Assembly: GCA_027364815.1 (NCBI GenBank)
Contig: DAHXOQ010000001.1
Span: 119 to 64,118 of the forward strand
Direction: 5' to 3'
DNA from: Acidobacteriaceae bacterium
GTDB lineage: Bacteria; Acidobacteriota; Terriglobia; Terriglobales; Acidobacteriaceae
DNA length: 64,000 bases
Shown here: positions 8,281 through 18,500 of the stretch, piece by piece
Position numbering within the stretch: position 1 is the first letter of the stretch
Layout: each line of letters starts with the position of its first letter
Position numbers and translations under genes: made by a program
The notes under the pieces: generated by a model
What the model was told of the DNA's origin: nothing
The model's database searches: none
Seen by the model: only the letters and a program-made list of their open reading frames with translations

Positions 8281-9915
8281 ATGAATTTGAAATCAATAAA
8301 AATGGCAGCCATTCTGTTGGCTGCGCTCTTTGCATTTGCCTCAATTGCACGTGCTGAGGATGAGGCACCGAAGGCCAGCGAAAAGCCGGCCGAGAAGACT
8401 GAGAAGGCACCGCCAACTGAGGTCACAACCCAGGGATCGGTGGATGTGCATGGTCAGCACATTCTTTACACGGCTGTTGCGGGCACGCTGACGGTTGGCG
8501 GGTCAAATGTGCAGGATGCGCAGCTTTCACTTGATGGAAAGCCAGTCCCGGGGAGTCAGCTAGCGTTGACGGAACCGAAGGATGCAAAGGATGCTGCGCC
8601 GACAGCGCGGATGTCTTATGTTGCATACTTCAAGAAGGACACCAGGAATGAAGATCGCCCGATTACGTTTTTCTATAACGGAGGGCCGGGGAGCGCGACG
8701 GTTTGGCTGCACATGGGATCGTTGGGACCAAAGCACGTGGTCACTCTAGGCGATACGCACCTGCCGGCTGCGCCATACAAGATGGTTGATAATGGCGAAT
8801 CACTGCTTGATGTCAGCGACGTTGTCTTTATCGATATGCCGGGGACCGGTTTTGGACGGATTCAGGGTAAGGATGCAGACAAGGCCTTCTGGGGCGTGGA
8901 AGAAGACGCTAATGCCTTTGCTCGATTCATTGCGCGCTTTATTACCAAGTACAATCGCTGGAATTCACCGAAGTATTTATTTGGCGAGAGCTATGGAACG
9001 ACGCGCTCTGCGGTGCTAGCCAACATTTTGCAGAATCAGTATTCGATTGATTTGAATGGCGTGATTCTGCTTTCGCAGATTTTCAATTTCACAGCGGATA
9101 TTGACGAGGCTCACAGCAACCCTGGCGTTGACCTTCCCTACATGCTTGGATTGCCTACATACGCGGCAACGGCGTGGTATCACCATAAACTTCCTCAACA
9201 GCCAGCAGCACTGGAGCCGTTCTTGCGAGAAGTTGAGGGCTATGCGTTGACAACCTACGCAAATGCGTTGGCCAAGGGAACGGATTTGAGTGATACCGAG
9301 AAAAAGGATGTTGCGGAAAAGTTGCATCAGTACACAGGATTGCCAGTTACATACTTGCTCAAGGCGGATTTACGCGTGAGTGGCGGGCAGTTTACAAAGG
9401 CACTGCAGGATGATGATGATTTGACGACTGGCCGATTAGATACACGCTTCTCCGGACCTTCCATTGATTCGCTGAGTGAGTCAGCGGAGTATGATCCGCA
9501 AAGCTCGGCGATTTCGTCTGCCTATGTGACGATATTCAACGAGTATGCACGCAATACTCTCAAGTATGGCGAGGGACAGACGTACCTTGAACGCGCACAG
9601 TTTACCGGACATCGCTGGAATTTCAATATGAAGGGCCACGCGCAAAACAATGTAAGCGATTTCCTCGCTGAGGCGATGAAGATAAATCCACGGCTCAAGA
9701 TCATGGTTTTCGGCGGTTACTATGACCTGGCAACGCCATATTTCGCGGCCCAGTATGAAGATAAGCACCTGCCTATCTCGTCAAAGCTTGCGAAAAACAT
9801 TGAGTACGGATGGTTTGAGTCTGGCCATATGGTCTACGTGAAGGATGAGTGCCTGAAGCAATTGCATGACAGGACAGCAGCCTTCATCAAGGAAACATTG
9901 AGCGACACCAAGTAA
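8281..9915 (+). CDS. serine carboxypeptidase-like protein (peptidase S10 family), secreted
   Basis: Motifs FFYNGGPGSATVWLHMGSLGP and GESYGTT (catalytic Ser context), plus a signal peptide. ATG 8281 is preferred because GGAG lies 9 nt upstream. Confidence 0.75.
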   Translation: MNLKSIKMAAILLAALFAFASIARAEDEAPKASEKPAEKTEKAPPTEVTTQGSVDVHGQHILYTAVAGTLTVGGSNVQDAQLSLDGKPVPGSQLALTEPKDAKDAAPTARMSYVAYFKKDTRNEDRPITFFYNGGPGSATVWLHMGSLGPKHVVTLGDTHLPAAPYKMVDNGESLLDVSDVVFIDMPGTGFGRIQGKDADKAFWGVEEDANAFARFIARFITKYNRWNSPKYLFGESYGTTRSAVLANILQNQYSIDLNGVILLSQIFNFTADIDEAHSNPGVDLPYMLGLPTYAATAWYHHKLPQQPAALEPFLREVEGYALTTYANALAKGTDLSDTEKKDVAEKLHQYTGLPVTYLLKADLRVSGGQFTKALQDDDDLTTGRLDTRFSGPSIDSLSESAEYDPQSSAISSAYVTIFNEYARNTLKYGEGQTYLERAQFTGHRWNFNMKGHAQNNVSDFLAEAMKINPRLKIMVFGGYYDLATPYFAAQYEDKHLPISSKLAKNIEYGWFESGHMVYVKDECLKQLHDRTAAFIKETLSDTK

Positions 9916-9937
9916 AAGCAGTGTAGTTTTGAAAAGG

Positions 9938-9965
9938 GGAGCGCTTGAGATTTTTCAGGTGCTCC
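9938..9965 (+). terminator. possible intrinsic terminator after the S10 peptidase gene
   Basis: GGAGCGC ... GTGCTCC stem (one G-U pair) with a 14-nt loop, followed by T-rich tcttctcgtt. The long loop makes it weak. Confidence 0.35.
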
Positions 9966-9995
9966 TCTTCTCGTTGAGAGGTTATTCTATTCAAC

Positions 9996-11711
9996 ATGAA
10001 AATCAAATTATCAGCCACTTTGATTGCAGCAGCCTTGCTGTTTCCCTTCTCGCTTTCAGCGCAGAGTTTTTCACTGCGCTTTTCAAAGTCAGTCAGCGCC
10101 GAATCACTTGATGGGCGATTGCTGCTGGTGCTTTCGACAGATCCGAGTGATGAGCCGCGCAATCAGATTGATGACACTCCGCGATCGCAGATTGTCTTTG
10201 GTGTGACGGTGGACGGCTGGAAGCCTGAAGCATCGGCTACGGTTGATGCAAGTGCATGGGGTTACCCGATCAAGAGCCTCAAGGATGTGCCTGAGGGTGA
10301 GTATTTTGTGCAGGCGGTGTTGAATAAATATGAAACCTTCCATCGCAGCGATGGCAAGGTAGTGAAGCTACATATGGATCAGGGTGAGGGACAGCACTGG
10401 AATAGCTCTCCGGGAAATTTGTATTCAAAGGTGGTCAAGGTGAACGTCAAGAAGGATGGCGCGCCGATTGAGATTGTGCTGACAGAGGTGATTCCGCCTA
10501 TTCCTGCGCAGAAGGATACAAAGTACATTAGACATATCAGGATTCAGAGCGATGTGCTGACGAAGTTCTGGGGACGGCCTATGTTTATCAGCGCGATTGT
10601 TCTGGTTCCTGAGGGGTTTGATGCTCATCCTGAAGCGCGCTTTCCGCTGATTATCTTCCATGATCATTTTGTTTCGGATTTTGACAACTTTCGCGAGACG
10701 CCGCCGGACCCTGATTTGAAGCCTGATTTCAGCGAGCGCTTTCATTTGGCTGGGTACAACAGAATTCAGCAGGAAGAAGCGTACAAGTTCTATCAGACAT
10801 GGACTGGGCCGAAGTTTCCACGCGTGCTCATTGTGAAGATTCAGCATGCAAATCCGTATTATGACGATTCTTATGCGGTGAACTCGGCGAACGTGGGGCC
10901 GTATGGCGACGCAATTGAAAATGAGCTGATTCCGGCGATTGAAAAACAGTTCCACGGCATCGGGCAGGGTTGGGCACGATTTGTTTATGGAGGATCAACG
11001 GGTGGATGGGAGTCGTTAGCTGTGCAAGTTTTTTATCCCGACCATTACAACGGAGCCTTTGCGGCTTGCCCTGACCCGATTGATTTTCACGCCTTCACGA
11101 ATATCGATCTGTACAAAGACAGGAATGTGTTCTATCTAGAGGGCGCGCATAAGCGTGAAGAGCAACCGGCGATGCGCGATTACCTGGGACATACTTTCAT
11201 TACAACAAAAGAGATAAACGGATACGAGTTGGCATTAGGTGATCATGGGCGCTCCGGTGAACAGTTTGATATCTGGGAGGCTGTATACGGGCCGGTCGGA
11301 GAGGATGGGTACCCAAAGCCAGTCTTCGACAAAGTGACAGGAGAGATTGACCATAAGGTGGCTGATTACTGGCATGAGCATTATGATCTGGAGGCGATAC
11401 TTGAGCGCAACTGGGCGACGCTGGGGCCGAAGCTTGTGGGAAAGATTCACATCTACGTCGGTTACGAGGATACATACTTTTTGAATGATGCCGTCTACCG
11501 GATGGAGGATTTTTTGAAGTCGACAAAGGATCCTGCATATGGTGGCGAGGTTACGTATGGGCCCAAGGCGGAACATTGCTGGAATGGCGACCCGACGCAA
11601 CCGAATGCCTACTCACGTCTGCATTACAACACGCAGTATATGCAGAAGATACTGGATCAGATTCAAAAAACAGCGCCTAAGGGTGCAGATCTGACGAGTT
11701 GGCGGTATTGA
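9996..11711 (+). CDS. secreted alpha/beta-hydrolase (esterase-like) protein
   Basis: Signal peptide MKIKLSATLIAAALLFPFSLSA and a GxSxG nucleophile elbow (YGGSTGGWESL). The layout is like putative-esterase/enterochelin-esterase-type proteins. The family call is tentative. Confidence 0.55.
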   Translation: MKIKLSATLIAAALLFPFSLSAQSFSLRFSKSVSAESLDGRLLLVLSTDPSDEPRNQIDDTPRSQIVFGVTVDGWKPEASATVDASAWGYPIKSLKDVPEGEYFVQAVLNKYETFHRSDGKVVKLHMDQGEGQHWNSSPGNLYSKVVKVNVKKDGAPIEIVLTEVIPPIPAQKDTKYIRHIRIQSDVLTKFWGRPMFISAIVLVPEGFDAHPEARFPLIIFHDHFVSDFDNFRETPPDPDLKPDFSERFHLAGYNRIQQEEAYKFYQTWTGPKFPRVLIVKIQHANPYYDDSYAVNSANVGPYGDAIENELIPAIEKQFHGIGQGWARFVYGGSTGGWESLAVQVFYPDHYNGAFAACPDPIDFHAFTNIDLYKDRNVFYLEGAHKREEQPAMRDYLGHTFITTKEINGYELALGDHGRSGEQFDIWEAVYGPVGEDGYPKPVFDKVTGEIDHKVADYWHEHYDLEAILERNWATLGPKLVGKIHIYVGYEDTYFLNDAVYRMEDFLKSTKDPAYGGEVTYGPKAEHCWNGDPTQPNAYSRLHYNTQYMQKILDQIQKTAPKGADLTSWRY

Positions 11712-11797
11712 ATGGATGCGAGGCTAAAGTTGTCAAAATATACGCCCTTGGCCTGCTCTGGTCGAAGCGTCTTGGGCCTGATATTCTTGAATTGCTT

Positions 11798-12556
11798 ATG
11801 AAGATGCAAAGAATTCCACTTGCCCTTGTATTTGTCGCCGGGATGTTGCCGGCGGCTTTGTTTGCACAGCAGAGCCAGAAGCCGGTGACAGAGGAATTGC
11901 CCGACGCTCCCGCCGCGACTGGTGCTGCCTTGACGGTGCCGAATGGCCCACGCGTTGTGATGGACACCTCAATGGGCCGCATAACCTGCCAGTTCTATGA
12001 GAAGCAGGCGCCAAAGGCAGTGGCCAATTTTATTGCGCTGGCTGAAGGGACCAAGGATTGGGTTGATCCGGTGACGGGCAAGAAGATGCACAACAAGCGT
12101 TTCTATGACGGCACAACTTTTCATCGCGTGATTCCTGAGTTCATGATCCAAGGAGGCGACCGTGCGGGTACAGGAGCTGGCGATCCGGGATTCAGTTTTG
12201 ATGATGAATTTGACCCGAATTTGAATTTTGATAAGCCTGGGCGTTTGGCGATGGCTAACAGCGGCCCCAATACAAACGGTAGCCAGTTTTACATTACGGA
12301 GACAGCTTACGATTCGCTGAACCAGCACTACACGTTGTTTGGCCAATGCGATGATCCGAGTGTTGAAGTAGTGAAGACGATAGCACGCGTCAACCGCAAC
12401 GCAGACGACAAGCCGCTAGAGCCGGTTGTGCTGAAGAAGGTGACAATTGTGCGCGAAGGAGAACCACTGCCGCCACTTCCCGGCGCTGCCTCAACAACTC
12501 CAGCTGCAAAGCCAGCGGCTCCTTCGAAAACAGTAAAGTCGGCAATGCCAAAGTAA
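11798..12556 (+). CDS. cyclophilin-type peptidyl-prolyl cis-trans isomerase, secreted, with Pro/Ala-rich C-terminal tail
   Basis: Motifs FHRVIPEFMIQGGD, LAMANSGPNTNGSQFYIT. The signal peptide starts at ATG 11798. Confidence 0.9.
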   Translation: MKMQRIPLALVFVAGMLPAALFAQQSQKPVTEELPDAPAATGAALTVPNGPRVVMDTSMGRITCQFYEKQAPKAVANFIALAEGTKDWVDPVTGKKMHNKRFYDGTTFHRVIPEFMIQGGDRAGTGAGDPGFSFDDEFDPNLNFDKPGRLAMANSGPNTNGSQFYITETAYDSLNQHYTLFGQCDDPSVEVVKTIARVNRNADDKPLEPVVLKKVTIVREGEPLPPLPGAASTTPAAKPAAPSKTVKSAMPK

Positions 12557-12638
12557 TATTGCTTGAGCACAGCAGCATGAAGATCTGAGAAATTCAATGT
12601 TGAGAAGCGACAGTTAAAGGATCAAAGGAGATTTAACA

Positions 12639-13169
12639 ATGTCATTAGCAGCAGGAACCTATGCAATCTTCAATACCAGCGAAGGAAAAATCACGGTGCG
12701 TTTGTTTGAAAGCGACGCTCCAATCACGGTGAAGAACTTTATCGACTTGGCTGAGGGCAAGCGCGAGTGGACGCATCCGCTCACCCACAAAAAGTCCCAG
12801 GACAAACTTTATGATGGAACCATTTTTCATCGTGTGATTCCGAACTTCATGATCCAGGGCGGCGATCCGGCAGGCAGCGGAATGGGCGGGCCAGGTTATC
12901 GTTTTGAAGATGAGACGCGAGGCTCGAAGCACAAGTTTGATACACCCGGCAAGTTGGCGATGGCCAACAGTGGCCCGAATACAAATGGCTGCCAGTTCTT
13001 TATTACTGTTGCAGCCACACCGTGGTTGACTGGCAACCATACGATCTTCGGAGAAGTTGTTGAGGGTCAGAATGTTGCCGACAAGATTTCTTTAGTGGCG
13101 AGAAGCTCGCAGGACAAGCCTCATAATCCAGTTTTAGTTGAGTCGGTGGTAATTGAACGCATCAGCTAG
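12639..13169 (+). CDS. ppiB: cyclophilin-type peptidyl-prolyl cis-trans isomerase, cytoplasmic
   Basis: Motifs FHRVIPNFMIQGGDP, LAMANSGPNTNGCQFFIT, HTIFGEV. No signal peptide. Confidence 0.9.
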   Translation: MSLAAGTYAIFNTSEGKITVRLFESDAPITVKNFIDLAEGKREWTHPLTHKKSQDKLYDGTIFHRVIPNFMIQGGDPAGSGMGGPGYRFEDETRGSKHKFDTPGKLAMANSGPNTNGCQFFITVAATPWLTGNHTIFGEVVEGQNVADKISLVARSSQDKPHNPVLVESVVIERIS

Positions 13170-13177
13170 ACCTAGTT

Positions 13178-13191
13178 AAATCTGAGATTTG
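13178..13191 (+). repeat. copy 2 of the palindromic 14-mer AAATCTGAGATTTG, 8 nt after a stop codon
   Basis: Exact match to 8213-8226. It abuts the terminator hairpin. Confidence 0.6.
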
Positions 13192-13224
13192 AGCCCCCTG
13201 ATTGATCTGGGGGCTCTTCATTTT
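13191..13224 (+). terminator. intrinsic terminator after ppiB
   Basis: GAGCCCCC (13191-13198) pairs with GGGGGCTC (13209-13216), followed by ttcatttt. Confidence 0.7.
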
Positions 13225-13300
13225 GTGCAGGATTTGAATGCGGTTAGGCGAGAAGTCTTAGTATCCTAGAGAACAAGAGGTGCGAGTGGAAGTAGGTGAA

Positions 13301-14434
13301 ATGAAAGCGAGTGAGCATGCACCAAAACATTTGATACAGGTGACGCCTCAGTTCCCTCCTGATGTCGACGGCCTCGGTGAGTTCGCGCTACATCTTGGTA
13401 ATGCGCTCTTGAAGCAATCAGGAATTGTGAGCAAATTCATTGTCTGGCGATCTGCACAAGATTCGAACCCCTCAGCTATCGCGGGTTCTCATAGCACTGA
13501 ACGTCTCCGTGAACAAAGCAGAGACGCATTTAATCAAGCAATTGAAGCATGTTTTCATGATTCAACGGCACCAGTTTTGCTGCTTCACTACACTTCGTAC
13601 AGCTACTCAAAGGAGGGATTACCCTGGTGGCTGCCGGAGGTACTGCACAGATTCAAAGCGCGTGGTGGAAGGGTGGTTTGTTTTTTCCATGAACTCTATG
13701 CAAAGGGGCGCTTCCCTAATAAAACATGGATGGGTTCGTGGTTGCAAAAGAGAATCTTTCGACAGATTCTTGCATTGAGCGATGCAGCCATCACTTCGAA
13801 TGAAGGTTATTTAGAGGAGTTACGCAGTAATAATGCAAAGAATTGCCCATTGTTACTGACTGCAATCGGATCGAATGTTGGCGAATTGAATGCGCTTGTA
13901 CCACGAGCTAAACGCAGCAGAAGACTTGTTATATTTGGTCTTTGGATTACTCGTTTGCGGCTGTATGAGCGACATATGGATGGCATCAAGAAACTTGTAG
14001 AATTACTCCAGATTGATGAAATTGCAGACGTAGGAAATATTGACGACCCGGCGCCGATGCTGAAGCAAGCGAAGAGCGAATTAGGCGAACGAATGAAAAT
14101 TTATGGCCGATTGCCGGCGAGCACAATTAGTGCGCTTCTGGCGGATAGTATGGTAGGAGTTGCAAATTACAACTATTCGCTGCGCTCTAAATCAGGTGTT
14201 GTAGCTGCATACCAGGCGCACGGTGTGCCATGTGTTCTCTTTCCTCCCATTGGTGAAATTTATACAGGGCAACTGTCGGACGAGTGTTTAAGTGCTGCGC
14301 AGGTCTTTGCAACGCAGCAGTCGAATTTATTCGAATTACTTGAGAGAACAAGCGAGGCGGGATTTGATGATTACCAAAAGAATCGGTCCTTTGACGCCGT
14401 CGCAAAGAAAATTGAGTCCTTGTTGTGGGAATAA
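13301..14434 (+). CDS. divergent GT-B fold (GT1/GT4-like) glycosyltransferase
   Basis: The N-terminus IQVTPQFPPDVDGLGEFALHLGNALLK resembles GT4 starts. The C-terminal SKSGVVAAYQAHGVPCV sits where the EX7E region normally lies, but without the Glu residues. AGGTGA precedes ATG 13301. Confidence 0.5.
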   Translation: MKASEHAPKHLIQVTPQFPPDVDGLGEFALHLGNALLKQSGIVSKFIVWRSAQDSNPSAIAGSHSTERLREQSRDAFNQAIEACFHDSTAPVLLLHYTSYSYSKEGLPWWLPEVLHRFKARGGRVVCFFHELYAKGRFPNKTWMGSWLQKRIFRQILALSDAAITSNEGYLEELRSNNAKNCPLLLTAIGSNVGELNALVPRAKRSRRLVIFGLWITRLRLYERHMDGIKKLVELLQIDEIADVGNIDDPAPMLKQAKSELGERMKIYGRLPASTISALLADSMVGVANYNYSLRSKSGVVAAYQAHGVPCVLFPPIGEIYTGQLSDECLSAAQVFATQQSNLFELLERTSEAGFDDYQKNRSFDAVAKKIESLLWE

Positions 14435-14463
14435 GTGAAGTCAGGAAGTTTGAATTAACTTCT

Positions 14464-14494
14464 GCTCACTTGTTTGCTCACTTATTTACTCACA
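14464..14494 (+). repeat. 2.5 tandem copies of a 12-bp unit GCTCACTTRTTT in the intergenic spacer
   Basis: GCTCACTTGTTT / GCTCACTTATTT / ACTCACA read directly. A second direct pair, GAGCAACT..GTAC, lies at 14508-14539. Confidence 0.7.
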
Positions 14495-14557
14495 AGGTAA
14501 ACTAAATGAGCAACTGTACTGTGCAGAGCAACTAAGTACAAGGCGACTGGAGCAAAA

Positions 14558-15556
14558 TTGAACACTCAAACTGATCTTACGGTTCATACGGGATTTAATC
14601 CAGCACTCGAAGAAACCATCTGCACACTCTATGAGAAGGATTATCACTTTGGGCTTGCAGTCTTCATCAATACGCTTGTGCATAAGGGTTATAACGGCAC
14701 AGTTTGGATAGGCTATCGCGGAGCGTTGCCGCCGTGGATCACGCAACTTAAGTCTGATTCGACTGTAAAGGATGGCGACAAGTCAATCGCATACTTCATG
14801 TTGGAGGACAAAGTTCGGCTAGCGTTCATACATGTTGACCCGTCTTATCATATGGCAAACTTCAAGCCACAGTTCATGCTTGAGATATTTCACCGTTACG
14901 CGACTGAGTGCCAATACCTCTGGTATTTTGACCCAGATATTTTCATTGTCAGCAGTTGGCGTTATTTTGAGCAATGGCAGCAGTGTGGAATAGCTCTTTG
15001 TGCAGATATCAATTTCAGTGTACTTCCTGATAACTCACCCTTGCGATATCGTTGGAAGAAATTTGCTGTAACTATTGGCTTACTCACAGCTAATGAATTG
15101 TCTCAATACTTCAACAGTGGAATGGTTTCGGTCGCACGCAACCAAATTGGGTTCATCGAACTCTGGATGCAGATTTTGAAAGGAATTGAGAAATCAGGCA
15201 ATGATTTAAGTCAATTCAACAGCGGTGATCGTGAAGCCCTTTTCGATTTCTACGATCAAGACGCATTCAATATTGCGGCAATGTACACATCATTGCCACT
15301 CGCACCGCAGGGGCGTTGGGCAATGGGATTCGAGCCCGGAGCGACGGTTATGCATCATACGGTTGGGCCAAAACCGTGGAGAGGAACACTGAAGAGGGCT
15401 TTGCAGGGACATGCGCCTTCGAATGCAGCACGCTACTTCTTCATGCAAGCGGCAGGACCAATTCGCCCCTATAGCGGCAAGCAGTTATTTCTGCGCAAGA
15501 CGGCGTGCTCGATTGCGTCCTTCATCGGACGTTTCTACGATCGGCCAATTTATTAA
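14558..15556 (+). CDS. GT8-like (GT-A, retaining type) glycosyltransferase
   Basis: The order of motifs matches LgtC-type GT8 enzymes: YEKDYHFGLAVFINTL, WYFDPDIFIV (DxD), YFNSGMVSV, YDQDAFNIAA, HHTVGPKPW. TTG start in the track. Confidence 0.6.
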   Translation: MNTQTDLTVHTGFNPALEETICTLYEKDYHFGLAVFINTLVHKGYNGTVWIGYRGALPPWITQLKSDSTVKDGDKSIAYFMLEDKVRLAFIHVDPSYHMANFKPQFMLEIFHRYATECQYLWYFDPDIFIVSSWRYFEQWQQCGIALCADINFSVLPDNSPLRYRWKKFAVTIGLLTANELSQYFNSGMVSVARNQIGFIELWMQILKGIEKSGNDLSQFNSGDREALFDFYDQDAFNIAAMYTSLPLAPQGRWAMGFEPGATVMHHTVGPKPWRGTLKRALQGHAPSNAARYFFMQAAGPIRPYSGKQLFLRKTACSIASFIGRFYDRPIY

Positions 15557-15563
15557 ATAAAAA

Positions 15564-18500
15564 TTACGCTGTGGCGCGTTGCTGATGTGCCTGACCACCG
15601 ACGCGGACGCTGAGCACCTTAGAAACGCCTGGTTCCTGCATGGTGACACCGTAGATGAGATCTGCGGCCTGCATCATGCGTTTGGAGTGCGTGACGAGCA
15701 GGAACTGCGTATCGTGACTCAAAGAATGGAGCAAATCAGCGAGCCGGCCAACATTGGTTTCATCGAGTGCGGCATCTACTTCATCGAGGACGCAGAAGGG
15801 ACTCGGTTGGTACTGGAAGATGCCAACGAGCAGTGCAAGCGCAGTGAGCGATTTTTCACCACCGGAGAGCAAGAGCACGTTTTGGAGCTTTTTGCCTGGA
15901 GGTGAAGCTACAATCTCGAGTCCACTCTCTGCCTGATTCTCAATATCAGTGAGACGCAGACTGGCTTGACCTCCGTTGAAGAGACGTGTGAAAACTTTGC
16001 CAAAGTTCTCGTTGATGCGCGCGAAAGCTTCGTCGAATTTTGTGCGGGAGATCAGATCAATTTCGCGGATAGTCTCCTGAATGTTGGCGATGGATTCGTT
16101 TAGGTCTTTGCGTTGAGTATCTAGAAAGCCATGACGCTCGGCAGTTTCCTTGTACTCTTCAAGGGCCATCATGTTGACGGGGCCCATCTGCTCGATGCGC
16201 TGGCGAATTTCGCGGCAGCGTTCTTCCTCAGCGGCAAGGAGGTCGGACTCGAGTCGATCGATGGCTTCGTCGGCGCGCAATTCAGCAGCCTCTAGGTTGA
16301 CCTCAGTTAAACAACTTGCTTCTAGATACTCAAGATCTGAGCTGAGCTTGGCAGCTACACTAGTGAGATTCAGTCGTTGCTCACGTAGTTGATCGATGGC
16401 TGTACGCGCGGCTTTAAGTTCGGCTTCAAGCCTGGCGAGTTGTGCGCGAAGTAAGTGAGCTTCAGTGGCAAGCTTTTGCGATTCGGCTAGTGCCTCTGTG
16501 CGGAGCGTGGGCAGTTCGGTTTGGCGTGAAGCAAGTGCGGCACTCTCTTCAGTACGCTGAATGCGTTCTGCATCAGCAGCGGCTTGCTGCTGCTCTAGCG
16601 TCAGGATGCGGCGCTCAAGATCAGAGTGAAGGCGGTCGATGCGCTGGAAGGCAGATTCGGCGCCTCGGCGGCGTTCGTCAAGGCCGGCTAACTCCGCAGT
16701 GACACGTGCCGCCTCTTGTTGATGGTTTTCGCGCTCATTTCGAAGGAGAGAGAGAGTGGCTTGCTGCTCGTCGAGTTTCTTTTCTCCCTCTGCGTGCTCA
16801 GCTTCCAGACGCACAGCCTCTTCGCGTTTCTCGGTGATGAGTGTTTGCTTGGCTTCACGCGCCTGCTTGTTGCGCTCTGCCTGCGATACCCACTCGGCAA
16901 GACGGCGCTCGATGCGTTGCGCTTCAGCCTCCATCTGTTTGAGAGCTGCGCCGTGATTTGCTGCTTCGCGCTCTGCCTCGCGCTGTTCTTCGGTGCGAAG
17001 CTCAAGCCGTGAGTTTAGTTCATTGATGGTGATGACGAGTGCTGCAGTTTCGGACTCGGCTGTTGCGAGTGCAGAATCGATTTCGGCAAGGCGCGCATCT
17101 GCTTCACGCAGGTCACGTTTCAACGCCAGTGGACCTTCGCTTGCAGGTTTGCCACCGGTAACAGTTGCTGAATGGAAGGTTTCGCCGGGAGGAGTGAGGA
17201 ACCACGCATTGGGATGTTCGCCTGCGAGTTTGCGGGCCAGTACAGCATCTTCAACAATGTAGCCATCGCGCAACTTGGGAAGAATCGATTCAAGCGAGTG
17301 CCCAAAACCGTTGAGCACACGAATCGCGTCGCGTAGCGGAGTTACTCCCGGGGTTGCACCCAACTCCGAAGCAGCTGTTTTCATATCGCCATTTGAAGAG
17401 CACGGATGGATCAGGAATGTTGCACGGCCATCTACACCGGATTTGAGAAGCTTGACGCCTTCGTCGGCAGCGTTCCAGTTTTCAACGACGACGTAATTCA
17501 GTTCTTCACGCAGGAACTCGTCAACCACAATCCCATTTTCGCCTTGAATTTCGAGGAAGTCCGCAAGAGTTCCGAGTGAGGAGAGATTGGCACCGAGCGC
17601 GCCGGGCTTGAGGAGACGACGCACAGTGTCAGTTGAGTAGCCGTGATTTCGAATCAAGGATTCAAGTGAATCCTTGCGACCGCTGACAGTGGCCTGCTCA
17701 CTGCGCATTTGATTGATGCGCATGCGCAAGGAGTTTTCATCAGTGCGCCGAGCCTGAAGCGAATTGCGCAGTTCTGCGATTTCAGATTCGAGACGATTCA
17801 GGGTTTCAGCTGATGCTGCAAAACGAAGATTTGCCTGTTCGCGATCAATTCCGAGAGCTTCGGATTCATGCTTCGAATTGCGCATCTCAGCTTCGAGTCG
17901 CTCTGCCTCGCGTTCCAATGCAGCTAGACTTTCTTCGGCCTGCGCGGTGTTGTTGCGCGCGTTGCCTGCGAGTGTAAGCAGGTGCATGGAATGGCGACGA
18001 TCGGCCTCGAGTTGGCGCTCTGAAGTAAAGACCGCGTCTGCAGCCTCGCGTGCCTTTTGCTGGCTGAGCTCAACCTGCGTGCGGAAGACGCGGACTTCTT
18101 CAGCTGCGGTATTGAGGAAGTGTTGTTGCTGGGTGCGCTCATCGGCGATGCCAATCAGTTGAGTGCGTGTCTGTTCAAGCTCAGCAGTGCCGGCAGCGAG
18201 ACGCGATTCAAGTTCTGCGATACGCTCCGTGTTCGAACGCTCGCGCGCAGAGGCGCGTTCAAGTTCTACTGCAGCTTCATTGGCGGAGGATTGTGCGCGC
18301 TGATGTTCGGCGTCAAGCTCATAGCCGCGCTCGGTGAGAGAGTGCTGCGTTTCTTCCTGCTGTGCGATGGCCACTGAGCCTTCATCAGTTTGCGTGGAGA
18401 GCAATGCAATTTCTTCATCCAGCCTGGCTTGCTCCAGATCCATCAGGGTCATGCGGCTGGCGAGAACGACCTTCATCCTGGCGCGCAACTCTTCACGCGC

